A stretch of DNA of 64,000 bases from an uncultured delta proteobacterium (GCA_963817385.1 CAWFOM010000010.1:96001-160000), one strand, 5' to 3'; shown: positions 33,102-44,792, numbered from the stretch's first letter. Translations and numbers: made by a program. Notes: generated from the sequence alone by a model not told the origin.

Positions 33102-33941
33102 CTATTTGACCAGACACGGTTCTAACTTAACTTGGTTTCTTCTATACTCCCTGGGCGACTTCATTTTCAACCCCTTGTGGGGATGATATTCATTATAATC
33201 CTGGAACCATCCGGGGATCTTCTCTAAAACTGTTCTGGCATCGTGCAAAGGGTTCATATGGACATAGTCCCGTTTGAAGGTCTTGACGAACGACTCTGCC
33301 ATCCCGTTGGACTCAGGGCTGTAATAAGGGGTCGTGCAGACCTCAAAACCCATCATCCGCGCAAAATTCTGTGTCTCATGAGCAACGTAAGCCGGACCGT
33401 TGTCGCTGAGCCATTGGATCTTCTTCGGAACCCGATCCACAAGACCGAAACGGGCCTCGATTGCCTCTGCCATGAGATCCCGAACCATGTCCCCGGAGAT
33501 GCCTCCCGTTGTGGCCACATAGCTCATGATTTCCCGGTCGCAACAGTCCATGCTGAAGGCTATCCGTATCCGCTCCCCGTTCCAGCAGGCGATCTCAAAG
33601 CCATCCGAACACCAGCGGAGATTGCTCCGGAACATCTGGACTCTCCCATCATGAATCCGCACCGGCCTTCCCGTATGCCGCTGCAGAAGGAGACCGTTCT
33701 TTTTCATGATCCGATAAACCCGCTTGTGGTTCACGGACTCTTTTCCCAGTTGGCGAGTGAGAAGCGCCGTCACTCTTCTATACCCATAAGTAGCACGGTC
33801 ATCCACAATCTTACGAATGAGAGGAAGATATTCATCATCCTGAGCCTTGTGGCAAAAGCGCTTGCCGCCTTGTCGGTTATTCATGCGCTTCTCATACTGA
33901 TGCGTTCGAGAAACCCCCATTGTCTCAGCAATCGCCTTCAT
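33102..33941 (-). CDS. IS3-family transposase OrfB (DDE/rve)
   Basis: YGYRRV, NHKRVYRIM, WCSDG, WLSDNG, SNGMAESFVKT, HPHKGL. Confidence 0.95.
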   Translation of the reverse strand: MKAIAETMGVSRTHQYEKRMNNRQGGKRFCHKAQDDEYLPLIRKIVDDRATYGYRRVTALLTRQLGKESVNHKRVYRIMKKNGLLLQRHTGRPVRIHDGRVQMFRSNLRWCSDGFEIACWNGERIRIAFSMDCCDREIMSYVATTGGISGDMVRDLMAEAIEARFGLVDRVPKKIQWLSDNGPAYVAHETQNFARMMGFEVCTTPYYSPESNGMAESFVKTFKRDYVHMNPLHDARTVLEKIPGWFQDYNEYHPHKGLKMKSPREYRRNQVKLEPCLVK

Positions 33942-34321
33942 CGGATATCGTCCTTCTCCAACAAGGGAACCCGCGAGATCAGTTTTTTTTCGCGGGCAAT
34001 CCGGATTGCATCCTTCAGGATCTCCACTTCCATCGTCTTGCGGCCCAACAGTCTCTCTAACTCACGAATCCTCGACCGCAGATCCCTTGCCTCAGAAACG
34101 GGGACCACCGCTTCACCGGCACCAACGGCAGAGAGCGCTCCTTCGTGCATCAACCTGCGCCACTTGAACAGCTGGTTCGGATGCAACCCGTACTTGCGGG
34201 CCACTGCCGATATGCTCATCCCTGGCTGCTCAGTCTCCTCAACGATAGCCTTCTTCTCGCCAGGTGACCATCGCCGTCGGCGCTGCACCGATGTAATGAT
34301 TTCAACAGGTCCCATTGACAC
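33938..34321 (-). CDS. IS3-family transposase OrfA (HTH)
   Basis: RRRRWSPGEK, SAVARKYGLHPNQLFKWR; A8 slippery site at 33983-33990 gives -1 fusion to OrfB. Confidence 0.93.
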   Translation of the reverse strand: MSMGPVEIITSVQRRRRWSPGEKKAIVEETEQPGMSISAVARKYGLHPNQLFKWRRLMHEGALSAVGAGEAVVPVSEARDLRSRIRELERLLGRKTMEVEILKDAIRIAREKKLISRVPLLEKDDIR

Positions 34322-34443
34322 CTTCTTTCTGGTTGTAGTGATATCACTATATCTATTCCTACAACTTATTTCCAGATTCTAGGTGTCCGGTCAAAAGGGG
34401 GGCTACTCCAAAAGCGTGGGCATGAGTTCGCTGCTGGATTCAA

Positions 34444-35589
34444 TCATAATGAACCCTCTATCTTTCTTACCGTTTCAAAACCGGAAATCTCTCGATATAT
34501 TGCATCATTTCCGATTATCAGAATAATTGCTCTTTTCGGATCAAGATAACGGGCAGCCTTCAGGATGTCGTTTACGGTCATCTTCTCTATGTTGTCACGG
34601 TAAGCAATAAGATAATCTTCAGGTAGATCCTCATATTCTGTCATCATCTGTTGAAAGGCTATCTTGTCTGCTGAGCTAAAAGAAAAAATAAACCTATTGA
34701 TTATCGCACTTTTTGTTTTTTTCAATTCATCAAGCAGGACAGGTTTTTTATTGATGTCCTGAATAATCCCACGTATCAATGAAATAACTTCGATAGTCGA
34801 TTCGGATTTTGTGAGTGCATAGGCGCCGAAGAAACCGTATTCGCTTTTTGCAGTGTAAAAACTGCCTGCGCTGTATGCCAGTCCACGATCGGTTCTGATT
34901 TTTTGAAACATCTTCGATCTAAAGCCTCCGCTCCCGGTGATAAAATCGATGATTTCAAACGGGGGGAATTGGGGATCATTTTTTGACGGGGCAGTCCAGC
35001 CGAAAATTATGACGGACTGAGGAGTATCTTTTGGGAGGAATAAAATCCCCTCTTCCTGCGGATGAGGAAGAGGAGGGACTTCCACCCTCGTTTCTGAGGA
35101 CTTCCATCTCCCGAAATATCGGTTTATGATGGATTCCGATTCATTTCGGTCGATATCACCACTTATTGATATCATTACCCTTTCCGGGTGATAGAACAGA
35201 TCATGATTACGGAATAGATCCTCTCTTTGAATGCGTTTGACGGAGTTCTGTGTGACGAGTCGCCCCCGGGGAGAGCCTTCATGCATGAGCCGCCCGAATT
35301 CACGAAAAGCAAGTTTCTGCATGCTGCCGGTCCGTATCAGAGCAGTGATTTTTATCAGGGGAAGTTCATGGTCCTCAAGGATATAGAGGACGAGGCCGTT
35401 TTTGAGAATAACACGGTTCGCCGTTGGAGGTACGAAAGTAAAAGGTTTGTATTGAATCCGTTCTGGATCGGGTAATGACGGCAATGTCGCCGCCGAAGAA
35501 ATTGTAGGGATTAAAACAATGAGAAGTATCGAGACGAGGACTATACCCGCTGATAGAGATTTTATATGTGCGATGTGTTTACGTATCAT
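34444..35589 (-). CDS. M16 peptidase, non-catalytic partner subunit, apparently internally shortened
   Basis: Signal peptide, LKNGL..EDHELP, SKMFQKIRTDRGLAYS (R/Y pair); no HxxEH. Confidence 0.8.
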   Translation of the reverse strand: MIRKHIAHIKSLSAGIVLVSILLIVLIPTISSAATLPSLPDPERIQYKPFTFVPPTANRVILKNGLVLYILEDHELPLIKITALIRTGSMQKLAFREFGRLMHEGSPRGRLVTQNSVKRIQREDLFRNHDLFYHPERVMISISGDIDRNESESIINRYFGRWKSSETRVEVPPLPHPQEEGILFLPKDTPQSVIIFGWTAPSKNDPQFPPFEIIDFITGSGGFRSKMFQKIRTDRGLAYSAGSFYTAKSEYGFFGAYALTKSESTIEVISLIRGIIQDINKKPVLLDELKKTKSAIINRFIFSFSSADKIAFQQMMTEYEDLPEDYLIAYRDNIEKMTVNDILKAARYLDPKRAIILIIGNDAIYREISGFETVRKIEGSL

Positions 35590-35591
35590 AT

Positions 35592-37091
35592 CTAAGGTTC
35601 CCTTATGAGTTCAGCCGCCGTTTTGTTTTCACGCGTCAGGTACGTTTGCGCTGCTTGTAGAATATCGTATGGAGTGATCTTGTCGATGATGTCGGCATAA
35701 GTCGTAAGGTAACTGTAATCCCCTAGAAGCGCTTCATAGTATGAAAGCATTCCAGCAATGCCGGCATTGGAATCGAGTCCTCTTATGAAGTCAGCCCGTA
35801 TTTGATTCTTTACTTTTACAAGTTCAACGCTGGTAACCGGTTCGCTTTTTAGCCTTTCCAATTCTCCATCGATCGCCAGTTCCAGGTCCCCGCAGGTGTG
35901 AGGAGGGCGTGGTGTTGCAAAGATGAGGAACTGATTCCGATATCGAGCGCCTGGCAGGCCGTTGACAGCCTGAATGCTTTCAGCAAGCTGCCTTTCTTCC
36001 ACAAGTGATTTGAAAAGCCTTGCTGTTCTTCCATGGGTGAGTATTGATTCGATGACGTCAAATACATGATCAACATGGTCAGGAGGCGACGGTTTATGGT
36101 AACCGGTGATTATCTTTGGCTCGGCAGCGAAGAGGACTTCAACCCTTCTCTCTCCTGATTGAACCGCTTCTTCCGTGATCGGGAATGATGAAAGTTTTTT
36201 TGAAGGGATGTGGCTAAAATATTTTTCAACGATCTTGAGTACATCAACAGATTTGACATCTCCGACAACAGCGATGACCGTATTGCTCGGTGCATGCGTT
36301 CTTCGAAAAAAATTCCTCATGTATGCAAGATCGAGGAAGCGCATGTCGGACGGCCACCCCAGAATCGGTCGTCGATAAGGATGTGTGATAAAAGCGGCAG
36401 AGAGGTAGCTTTCAAGAAGTTTACCATCGGGATCGGATTCGGAACGCTGTCTTCTTTCCTCCATCACCACGCTACGCTCGGTATAAAACTCACGAAATAC
36501 GGGATGCATCATCCGATCAGATTCGATTCTGGCCCAGAGTTCGATCCGGTTTGCAGGAATACTAACTTGATAGGTGGTAAGATCCTGACCAGTTGAGGCA
36601 TTGAGGCCAACGGCACCGTTTTCTCCATACAGCCTGTCTACTTCATTGGAGAGAATCTGGCCCTGGTGTGTCTTCTGGAGAGTGGTCAAATGCCGGGTAA
36701 GACGATCGAGGATCGCCTGATCGGCAGCTTTACCCCGCATTGCTTCTCGATCGATGGCGACTCCAACCTTCTCGATCTGACGAATGATTTTCACTTCTCG
36801 ACGATAATTCCGAGTTCCGATAGTTTTTGTGCCTTTGAACATCATGTGTTCGAGAAGGTGCGCCGTTCCGGTCTTACCGTCGGCTTCATCCACGGCCCCG
36901 GCTCGATAGCGTATATAAATCGAAACGGTAGGGCTCAGATGGCGTTCCAAAATCAAAAGCCGAAGACCATTTTTTAAGGTAAATGACTGAACTCGTTTCG
37001 CCAGTTCATACGAGGAAGCATGGGGGCAAGGGAAAATAAATAATGCCAATGATGTTAAAGTGATAAAAAATAATTTCTTATTCAGGATCAT
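35592..37091 (-). CDS. M16 (pitrilysin-family) zinc peptidase, catalytic subunit
   Basis: Signal peptide, AHLLEHMMFKGT (HxxEH), LNASTG, VMEERR, HPYRRPILGW. Confidence 0.92.
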   Translation of the reverse strand: MILNKKLFFITLTSLALFIFPCPHASSYELAKRVQSFTLKNGLRLLILERHLSPTVSIYIRYRAGAVDEADGKTGTAHLLEHMMFKGTKTIGTRNYRREVKIIRQIEKVGVAIDREAMRGKAADQAILDRLTRHLTTLQKTHQGQILSNEVDRLYGENGAVGLNASTGQDLTTYQVSIPANRIELWARIESDRMMHPVFREFYTERSVVMEERRQRSESDPDGKLLESYLSAAFITHPYRRPILGWPSDMRFLDLAYMRNFFRRTHAPSNTVIAVVGDVKSVDVLKIVEKYFSHIPSKKLSSFPITEEAVQSGERRVEVLFAAEPKIITGYHKPSPPDHVDHVFDVIESILTHGRTARLFKSLVEERQLAESIQAVNGLPGARYRNQFLIFATPRPPHTCGDLELAIDGELERLKSEPVTSVELVKVKNQIRADFIRGLDSNAGIAGMLSYYEALLGDYSYLTTYADIIDKITPYDILQAAQTYLTRENKTAAELIREP

Positions 37092-37317
37092 GATCGAGCT
37101 TCCGATGTCTGAAGAAGGCATGGACCTGAAAAGTGGGATAAATTAAACCGACAAGGCTAACCAAAACCATAAGGGAGGAGGAGAAGAAATACATGATAAA
37201 TTCATGTGGGTTATTAAGATAAAAAACGCCAACGAGTGTCTCAATGCCGAATGCAAGAAAAAAAAGCGAGAATATGGCAATTAAAATATTTTTCCCCCAC
37301 CAGAGACATGAGCCCAT
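37078..37317 (-). CDS. small two-TM membrane protein, 79 aa
   Basis: AGGAG RBS, two hydrophobic segments, 3' end overlaps the M16 start. Confidence 0.7.
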   Translation of the reverse strand: MGSCLWWGKNILIAIFSLFFLAFGIETLVGVFYLNNPHEFIMYFFSSSLMVLVSLVGLIYPTFQVHAFFRHRKLDHDPE

Positions 37318-37343
37318 TGAATTTATCTCCTATATCCGTGAAA

Positions 37344-37373
37344 ATAGTACATCATATCAGGATCTTTTGTCAA
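37344..37373 (-). promoter_or_regulatory. sigma70 promoter for the small ORF and M16 pair
   Basis: Minus strand TTGACA-N18-TACTAT. Confidence 0.55.
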
Positions 37374-37378
37374 GCATC

Positions 37379-38734
37379 TTAAAAAGTGGGATCATCTTTT
37401 CGCGTCATAAGTTTTAATCCCTGATACATTTCCCAGGTGAGTGAGTCATTTCGGCAGGGAAGGAGAGAGTTGTTTTGAAACAGGGGTTCATCGGCAATGG
37501 GATAAGGTGATGAAGCTATAGCCTCATTCCACAACCCTGTTCCCGGTATAGGAGAATATTCGGCGATAATCGGATGCGCATCAGCGGATTGAACGAAACG
37601 GATACTATCCATAACCTCTTCTGCAGATTGTCCGGGAAGTCCACAGAGAAGATACACACCAATATCCTCATTCCTATAACCGGCGCGTTGTAGGTGTGCG
37701 ACAGCCTCCTTAAATTCTTTGTTATCGACTTTACCGCCGGTCACGGTTTGTCGGAGGACATTTGATGTTTCGAGCCCGAAACGGAGTGTCTTGAAACCCG
37801 CTTTAAACATGAGTGATCCCAACTCTGACGTGATTTCACGGAGATGAAGTCCGTTTGGGCAGTGGAATGAAATTGGCAAGTCCCTACGGATGATCTCCTG
37901 CAAGAGGGGAATCACCATTTCATTAGGGTCAACCAGAAGGGCATCATCATAAAATGAAAAGTGCTTGATTCTTAAATGAGTATGCCAGTATTCAATCTCA
38001 TCAGCGACACGGATTGGATCACGCCTCTGAAATCGGTCGTTGAGAAGGTGTGAGGCACAGTAGCTGCAGCGGTAAGGACACCCCCTTGAGGTCATGATCG
38101 GAACATGATCAGGATGATGAATGAGATCGAAAGCAGGGTAGGGGTATGAATCGAGATTGTCATCCGGAATGAAAATCATATCCTGATTATACATATCCTT
38201 CAGAAGTGGAGGGATCGATAGTTCTCCAGGTCCGGATAAGGCAAAATCGGCCCCGGACCTCGATGCGTGCTCCGGGAGGAGGGTCACATAATTTCCGCCA
38301 AGAATGACTGGCACCCCGGGAAACGTCTGATTCATGAGATTGATTGTGTCGAAAACAGCCGGATACCAGTATGTCATCATCGATGTGATCATGATGAAAT
38401 CCGGCTTGGGTATTGATTTAGAGTATTCAGCAAAGATTTCTAGTTTGATACCATATCGGCTGTAATTGCGAGGAACATGCTTTAGAGCGGTAGGCTTGGA
38501 AATTTCTTCTTTCGCATATGTTCCTTCACCAGATAATTTTCTTTTCGGCAACAGGCACTTTTTTGAAAAAATCATATCTGGATGATAGGGATCGAGGCAA
38601 TCCAGAAAAAAGACATTTACCCTGTTTATCCTTAGAAGTGAAGCCAAAGAGAGCAGACCTATCGGCTTGTTCCAGAAGTCATAGGCGGCAAAGTCATATA
38701 TCCATGGATTTATCAGTAGAACGTTACGAATCAT
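37379..38734 (-). CDS. B12-binding domain radical SAM protein
   Basis: N-terminal LLINP..PIGLL..ILGGNY cobalamin-binding-like domain; SRGCPYRCSYC; FYDD; GLET. Confidence 0.88.
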   Translation of the reverse strand: MIRNVLLINPWIYDFAAYDFWNKPIGLLSLASLLRINRVNVFFLDCLDPYHPDMIFSKKCLLPKRKLSGEGTYAKEEISKPTALKHVPRNYSRYGIKLEIFAEYSKSIPKPDFIMITSMMTYWYPAVFDTINLMNQTFPGVPVILGGNYVTLLPEHASRSGADFALSGPGELSIPPLLKDMYNQDMIFIPDDNLDSYPYPAFDLIHHPDHVPIMTSRGCPYRCSYCASHLLNDRFQRRDPIRVADEIEYWHTHLRIKHFSFYDDALLVDPNEMVIPLLQEIIRRDLPISFHCPNGLHLREITSELGSLMFKAGFKTLRFGLETSNVLRQTVTGGKVDNKEFKEAVAHLQRAGYRNEDIGVYLLCGLPGQSAEEVMDSIRFVQSADAHPIIAEYSPIPGTGLWNEAIASSPYPIADEPLFQNNSLLPCRNDSLTWEMYQGLKLMTRKDDPTF

Positions 38735-38913
38735 AAAGAACAGATAGCATATATTTTTGTCACTGGCGATCGGTGTTTTTAAAGCTCCTGGAAATCAGAT
38801 TAATAATACTGAAAGCAATTTATTTATGGAGCGTAGCTGCTCATTTGGTGCTGAGAAAGTGCTTGAAGCAAATAGCGATTGTTGCTACTATGCTTTATTC
38901 AAAAGGGCGTTAC

Positions 38914-39363
38914 ATGAGATCTGTTGTGCAGAGGGTTGATAGGGCTGATGTTCGGGTCGGAGACAGATGCATCTCCGGTATAGAAAAGGGAGTTCTCGTA
39001 TTCCTCGGGATAGAACAGGGAGATCAAGAAAGCGACGCAGATTACCTTACAGAAAAGATAATAAACTTAAGGATCTTTGAAGATGACCAAGGAAAGATGA
39101 ATCTTTCACTTCTCGACATGCAGGGAGAAATGCTTATCATATCTCAATTCACCCTTTTAGGTGACTGCCGGAAGGGAAGAAGGCCTTCGTTCACTGGAGC
39201 TGAAGAACCAAATCTTGCAGAAAAGATTTATGATTACTTCATATTCAAGGCGAAGCAAAAAGTTAAACGCGTTTCCCAAGGAAAGTTCCAGACCACGATG
39301 TTGATCGAACTTGTAAACAACGGGCCTGTTACGGTTCTTTTGGATAGCAGAAAACGCTTTTAA
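38914..39363 (+). CDS. dtd: D-aminoacyl-tRNA deacylase
   Basis: MRSVVQRV, SQFTL, GRRPSF, NNGPVT. Confidence 0.96.
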   Translation: MRSVVQRVDRADVRVGDRCISGIEKGVLVFLGIEQGDQESDADYLTEKIINLRIFEDDQGKMNLSLLDMQGEMLIISQFTLLGDCRKGRRPSFTGAEEPNLAEKIYDYFIFKAKQKVKRVSQGKFQTTMLIELVNNGPVTVLLDSRKRF

Positions 39364-39368
39364 AGACC

Positions 39369-39848
39369 ATGATACAATTTAATAATAACGCTGAGATACG
39401 GATAGATGCGGAAGGGATATGGTATTTTCATGGGGAAGAGATGAAACGGCAAGATATTGTACAGCACTTTTATCATCACCTCAAAAAGGATGGCAATGGT
39501 AATTATCTGATTGAGATTGAAAATGACCGTTGTCTCGTGAGTGTAGAAGATGCGCCATATGTCATCAGGAGCGTTTCTGTGAGCTGTTCTAAATATGATA
39601 GGAAACTGTGCATTGAAATTACTATTTCTGATGGAAGCAGTGAAGAATTGAATCATGATACACCCCTCTGGATAGGGGACGATAATATTATGTACTGCAG
39701 GGTGAAACGTGGAGAATTCACAGCGCGTTTTTCTCGTTCTGCCTATTATCAGCTTTGTGAAAATGCTGAATATGACCCAGCGAGAGAACAGTATTTCATC
39801 AACTTAATTGATCGTTCATACCCTATAGAATCCATTAAACAACCATAA
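39369..39848 (+). CDS. DUF1285-like hypothetical protein
   Basis: IRIDAEGIWYFHG, VEDAPYV, ARFSRSAYYQL. Confidence 0.7.
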   Translation: MIQFNNNAEIRIDAEGIWYFHGEEMKRQDIVQHFYHHLKKDGNGNYLIEIENDRCLVSVEDAPYVIRSVSVSCSKYDRKLCIEITISDGSSEELNHDTPLWIGDDNIMYCRVKRGEFTARFSRSAYYQLCENAEYDPAREQYFINLIDRSYPIESIKQP

Positions 39849-41324
<1,476 letters not shown>

Positions 41325-41327
41325 ATT

Positions 41328-44300
41328 ATGATACACGCTGATTTCGTTCATCTTCACGTTCACACTCAGTATAGCCTCCTCGACGGTACCATTCGTCTCA
41401 ATGATCTGTTACAAAAAGCAAAAGAATATCATATGCCGGCCGTTGCTATGACCGATCATGGAAATCTTTATGGAACGATAGATTTTTATAAGCATGCTTA
41501 TAAATACGGTATCAAACCGATTATCGGTTGTGAACTATATGTCGCACCAAAAAGCCGTTTTGATAAAACGGGCTATGGAATTGGTGAAACAGCGAATCAT
41601 CTGATAGTGCTTGCGAAAAACATGCAGGGATATAAAAACCTCATGAAGTTATCAACAACCGCTTATTTGGAAGGCTTTTATTACCGCCCTCGAATCGACA
41701 AGGAAATCCTTACCCAATACCATGACGGGCTCATCGGTATGAGTGCCTGTCTCCATGGTGAGATCTCAGCACATCTCCTCCGCGGTAATTCTGTAGACGC
41801 CCTTAGGTCAGCCGAGCAGTACAGGGATATTTTTGGCGAAGATAATTTCTTTATCGAAATCATGGAAAATGGTCTTCCGGACCAGAAAAGAGCCAATGAG
41901 GGCTTAATTGAACTTAGCAAAAAACATGGATTTCCCCTTGTAGCGACTAACGACTGTCATTATTTGAATCAAGGTGACGCGGAAGCCCATGAGGTTCTTC
42001 TTTGTATCCAGACGGGAAAAACGATGGAAGATTCAGACCGGATGAAATTTGCAACGGACCAGTTTTATTTCCGGTCGCCTGAAGAGATGAAACGCCTGTT
42101 TTCCTATTGTCCAGATGCTATTGATAATACGGTCAATATTGCGGAAAAATGTAATCTGACTTTCTCAACCGGCAGTTTCTTTCTTCCCCATTTTGAAATC
42201 AATCCCGATGAAACTCTGGATGACCGTCTGAAGCGGGAAGCGAAAGAAGGACTTGCGATGCTTCTCAGGAGCATCATGAAAGAAGTCGATGCGAATGTGC
42301 GAGAACAATACGAAAAGAGACTCCAACACGAACTGGAAATCATCCGCTCCATGGGGTTCGCAGGATATTTTCTCATCGTCTCGGACTTTATCAATTATGC
42401 CCGGAAAAAGAACATCCCGGTCGGGCCGGGACGGGGATCTGCCGCCGGCAGCCTTGTTGCTTATGCTATTGGAATAACCAGTATTGATCCAATCCGTTAT
42501 AATCTTTTTTTTGAGAGGTTTCTTAATCCTGATCGTATCAGCATGCCTGACATAGATACAGACTTTTGTCCGGAGGGAAGGGATGAGGTCATTCGCTATG
42601 TGACGGAAAAATACGGGAGCGATAAGGTATCGCAGATCATTACCTTCGGGAAGATGCAGGCACGAGCAGTCATCCGTGATGTCGGAAGGGCGATGAATAT
42701 CTCGTATGGTGAGGTAGACCGCATCGCCAAGATGATTCCCAATGTGCTAAATATCAAACTGGAAGAGGCCATCAAAAGGGAACCAAAACTTCGGGAGGAG
42801 GAGAAGAAAAATCCCCGTATTAAAAAACTTCTTGATCTGTCTCGTGCCCTTGAAGGTCTGAACCGTCATTCGTCGACCCATGCCGCGGGCGTCGTTATCT
42901 CGGATCTACCGTTAGTGGAGAGAATTCCCTTGTGCAAAAGCCCCAAGGATGACATCGTCACGCAATTCTCGATGAATGATATCGCAGAAGTAGGATTGAC
43001 AAAATTCGATTTTCTCGGCCTGAAAACCCTGACCGTTATCAAGAATGCACTCAAATTTATCCACGAGGGTCGTGGAATTGCCGTAGATATCGATAACCTT
43101 CCTCTTGATGATAGGAAGACATACGAATTGCTCATGCGCGGCGATACGGATGGGATCTTCCAATTGGAAAGTTCCGGTATGAAGGATATCCTCGCGAGAA
43201 TGAAACCGGATTGCATTGAGGATGTCATTGCACTGATAGCCCTTTACCGTCCAGGTCCTATGGATAACGTCCCCGAATTCATCGCGAGAAAACAGAGAAA
43301 AACAAAAATAGTTTTTGAAGTTCCCGAATTGGAAGTGATTCTAAAAGAGACCTATGGGGTCATCGTCTACCAGGAACAGGTTATGCAGATCGCAGTAGCC
43401 ATCGGCAATTATTCGATGTCGGAAGCCGATACGCTCCGTAAGGTCATGAGCAAAAAGAAGTCCGAGGAGATGGAGAGCAAAGAGAAGCCTAAGTTTCTGG
43501 AAGGAGCGCACAAAAAAAAGATTCCCGAAGCAAAAGCTGCAAAAATATGGGAACAAATGGAAACATTTGGTAAATACGGATTCAACAAATCTCATAGCAC
43601 TGCTTACGCAATTATTTCTTACCAGACGGCCTATCTTAAGGCCCATTATCCGGCTGAATTCATGGCGGCATTGTTGACCAGCGAGAAGGATAATCGGGAT
43701 AAAATTATTAGCCACATCAGCAGTTGCAAGGACATGGGGCTCAATGTCCTCCCTCCGGATATCAATGAGTCTATTAGCGATTTTAGCGTAGCAGGAGAGC
43801 ATATCCGATTTGGGCTTGCAGCGGTGAAGAATGTCGGTGTCGGTGCTATAGAATCTATCATATCTGTACGGCAGAACGATGGACCCTTCTCTTCCATTAT
43901 TGATTTCTGTGATCGTATCGATCCGAGAAAGGTCAATAAAAGGGTCATTGAGAGCCTCATCAAGTGCGGGGCGTTTGATTCCACGGGTCATAGAAGGCGG
44001 CAGTTGATGACCTGTTACGAAGAGATCATGGACAAGTCCCAGAGGCGTCAAAGAGAAAGATCGAGCGGTCAGGTCAATTTTCTCGAACAGATCGATAATC
44101 ATTATGATGCATCTTTATCAGGATCCATTAATTATCCGCTTCCCGATCTTCCCGAGTGGGATCACAAAGAGCTGTTGCTGAATGAAAAGGAAACAATCGG
44201 CTTTTATATTACCGGCCATCCTCTTTCGCGCTTTTCCGATCTTATGGGTGTGATTGTCAATGCTGATTCCTCTAACCTATCGAAAAAAACCGATCGCGAA

Positions 44301-44792
44301 GCGGTGATCTTGGCGGGTATCGTCAGCAACATCCGCGATGTGATGACTAAGCGTAAAGATACCATGGCATACATCACCCTAGAAGATTTGAAGGGTTCGA
44401 TCAGCGTTATCTTTTTCCCCGATGTCTACAGGGATACGTATGATTTGCTGCATGGAGACGAACCCCTAATGATCAAGGGGACCCTTGATGTTGCGGAAGA
44501 CAGCGTTAAGGTTATCGCCTCAGAAGTAAAGCTCCTGGCATCTGCGGCCGAAAAACCGTATAACGCTGTCTATTTTACCGTTGATGTAAAAAAATCATCC
44601 GCCGAGGATATCGAAAAACTAGGACAACGTTTAAAACAATTTCCAGGAAGGTATGACGTTTTCATAAGACTCATTGAGGATCGGTGCGAAACGGTTGTCT
44701 ACCTTGGTGAGGATATGAAAGTCGATTTCTCACTAACTTTGAGGAATGAAGCCGACAGCATACTGGGAATAGGGACATCTCAGTTCGTGTAA
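41328..44792 (+). CDS. dnaE: DNA polymerase III alpha subunit
   Basis: HLHVHTQYSLLDG PHP domain, GPGRGSAAGS, PDIDTDF, YGFNKSH, OB fold; no intein. Confidence 0.98.
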   Translation: MIHADFVHLHVHTQYSLLDGTIRLNDLLQKAKEYHMPAVAMTDHGNLYGTIDFYKHAYKYGIKPIIGCELYVAPKSRFDKTGYGIGETANHLIVLAKNMQGYKNLMKLSTTAYLEGFYYRPRIDKEILTQYHDGLIGMSACLHGEISAHLLRGNSVDALRSAEQYRDIFGEDNFFIEIMENGLPDQKRANEGLIELSKKHGFPLVATNDCHYLNQGDAEAHEVLLCIQTGKTMEDSDRMKFATDQFYFRSPEEMKRLFSYCPDAIDNTVNIAEKCNLTFSTGSFFLPHFEINPDETLDDRLKREAKEGLAMLLRSIMKEVDANVREQYEKRLQHELEIIRSMGFAGYFLIVSDFINYARKKNIPVGPGRGSAAGSLVAYAIGITSIDPIRYNLFFERFLNPDRISMPDIDTDFCPEGRDEVIRYVTEKYGSDKVSQIITFGKMQARAVIRDVGRAMNISYGEVDRIAKMIPNVLNIKLEEAIKREPKLREEEKKNPRIKKLLDLSRALEGLNRHSSTHAAGVVISDLPLVERIPLCKSPKDDIVTQFSMNDIAEVGLTKFDFLGLKTLTVIKNALKFIHEGRGIAVDIDNLPLDDRKTYELLMRGDTDGIFQLESSGMKDILARMKPDCIEDVIALIALYRPGPMDNVPEFIARKQRKTKIVFEVPELEVILKETYGVIVYQEQVMQIAVAIGNYSMSEADTLRKVMSKKKSEEMESKEKPKFLEGAHKKKIPEAKAAKIWEQMETFGKYGFNKSHSTAYAIISYQTAYLKAHYPAEFMAALLTSEKDNRDKIISHISSCKDMGLNVLPPDINESISDFSVAGEHIRFGLAAVKNVGVGAIESIISVRQNDGPFSSIIDFCDRIDPRKVNKRVIESLIKCGAFDSTGHRRRQLMTCYEEIMDKSQRRQRERSSGQVNFLEQIDNHYDASLSGSINYPLPDLPEWDHKELLLNEKETIGFYITGHPLSRFSDLMGVIVNADSSNLSKKTDREAVILAGIVSNIRDVMTKRKDTMAYITLEDLKGSISVIFFPDVYRDTYDLLHGDEPLMIKGTLDVAEDSVKVIASEVKLLASAAEKPYNAVYFTVDVKKSSAEDIEKLGQRLKQFPGRYDVFIRLIEDRCETVVYLGEDMKVDFSLTLRNEADSILGIGTSQFV

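Larger units (their letters stand above)
33091..34410 (-). mobile_element. complete IS3-family (IS2-group) insertion sequence, 1320 bp
   Basis: TG...CA ends; IRs TGGAGTTGCCCCTATTTGACCAGACAC / TGGAGTAGCCCCCCTTTTGACCGGACAC; perfect 5-bp duplication AAAGC (33086-33090, 34411-34415). Confidence 0.95.
33006..34442. repeat. ~115-bp repeat copy 2 (33006-33090 + 34416-34442), interrupted by the IS3-family element
   Basis: After removing the IS and one AAAGC, blocks AGCTCT, AATCTTCG, CCAT, GCTTA, GGGnATG, CGCT, TGGATTCA are collinear with 5712-5826. Confidence 0.55.

Noticed and set aside
33243..34382. 379-aa plus-strand ORF across the IS
   Set aside because: Antisense shadow of the transposase genes with no recognisable motif
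41328..44792. Possible intein or split in dnaE
   Set aside because: Normal length and continuous motifs
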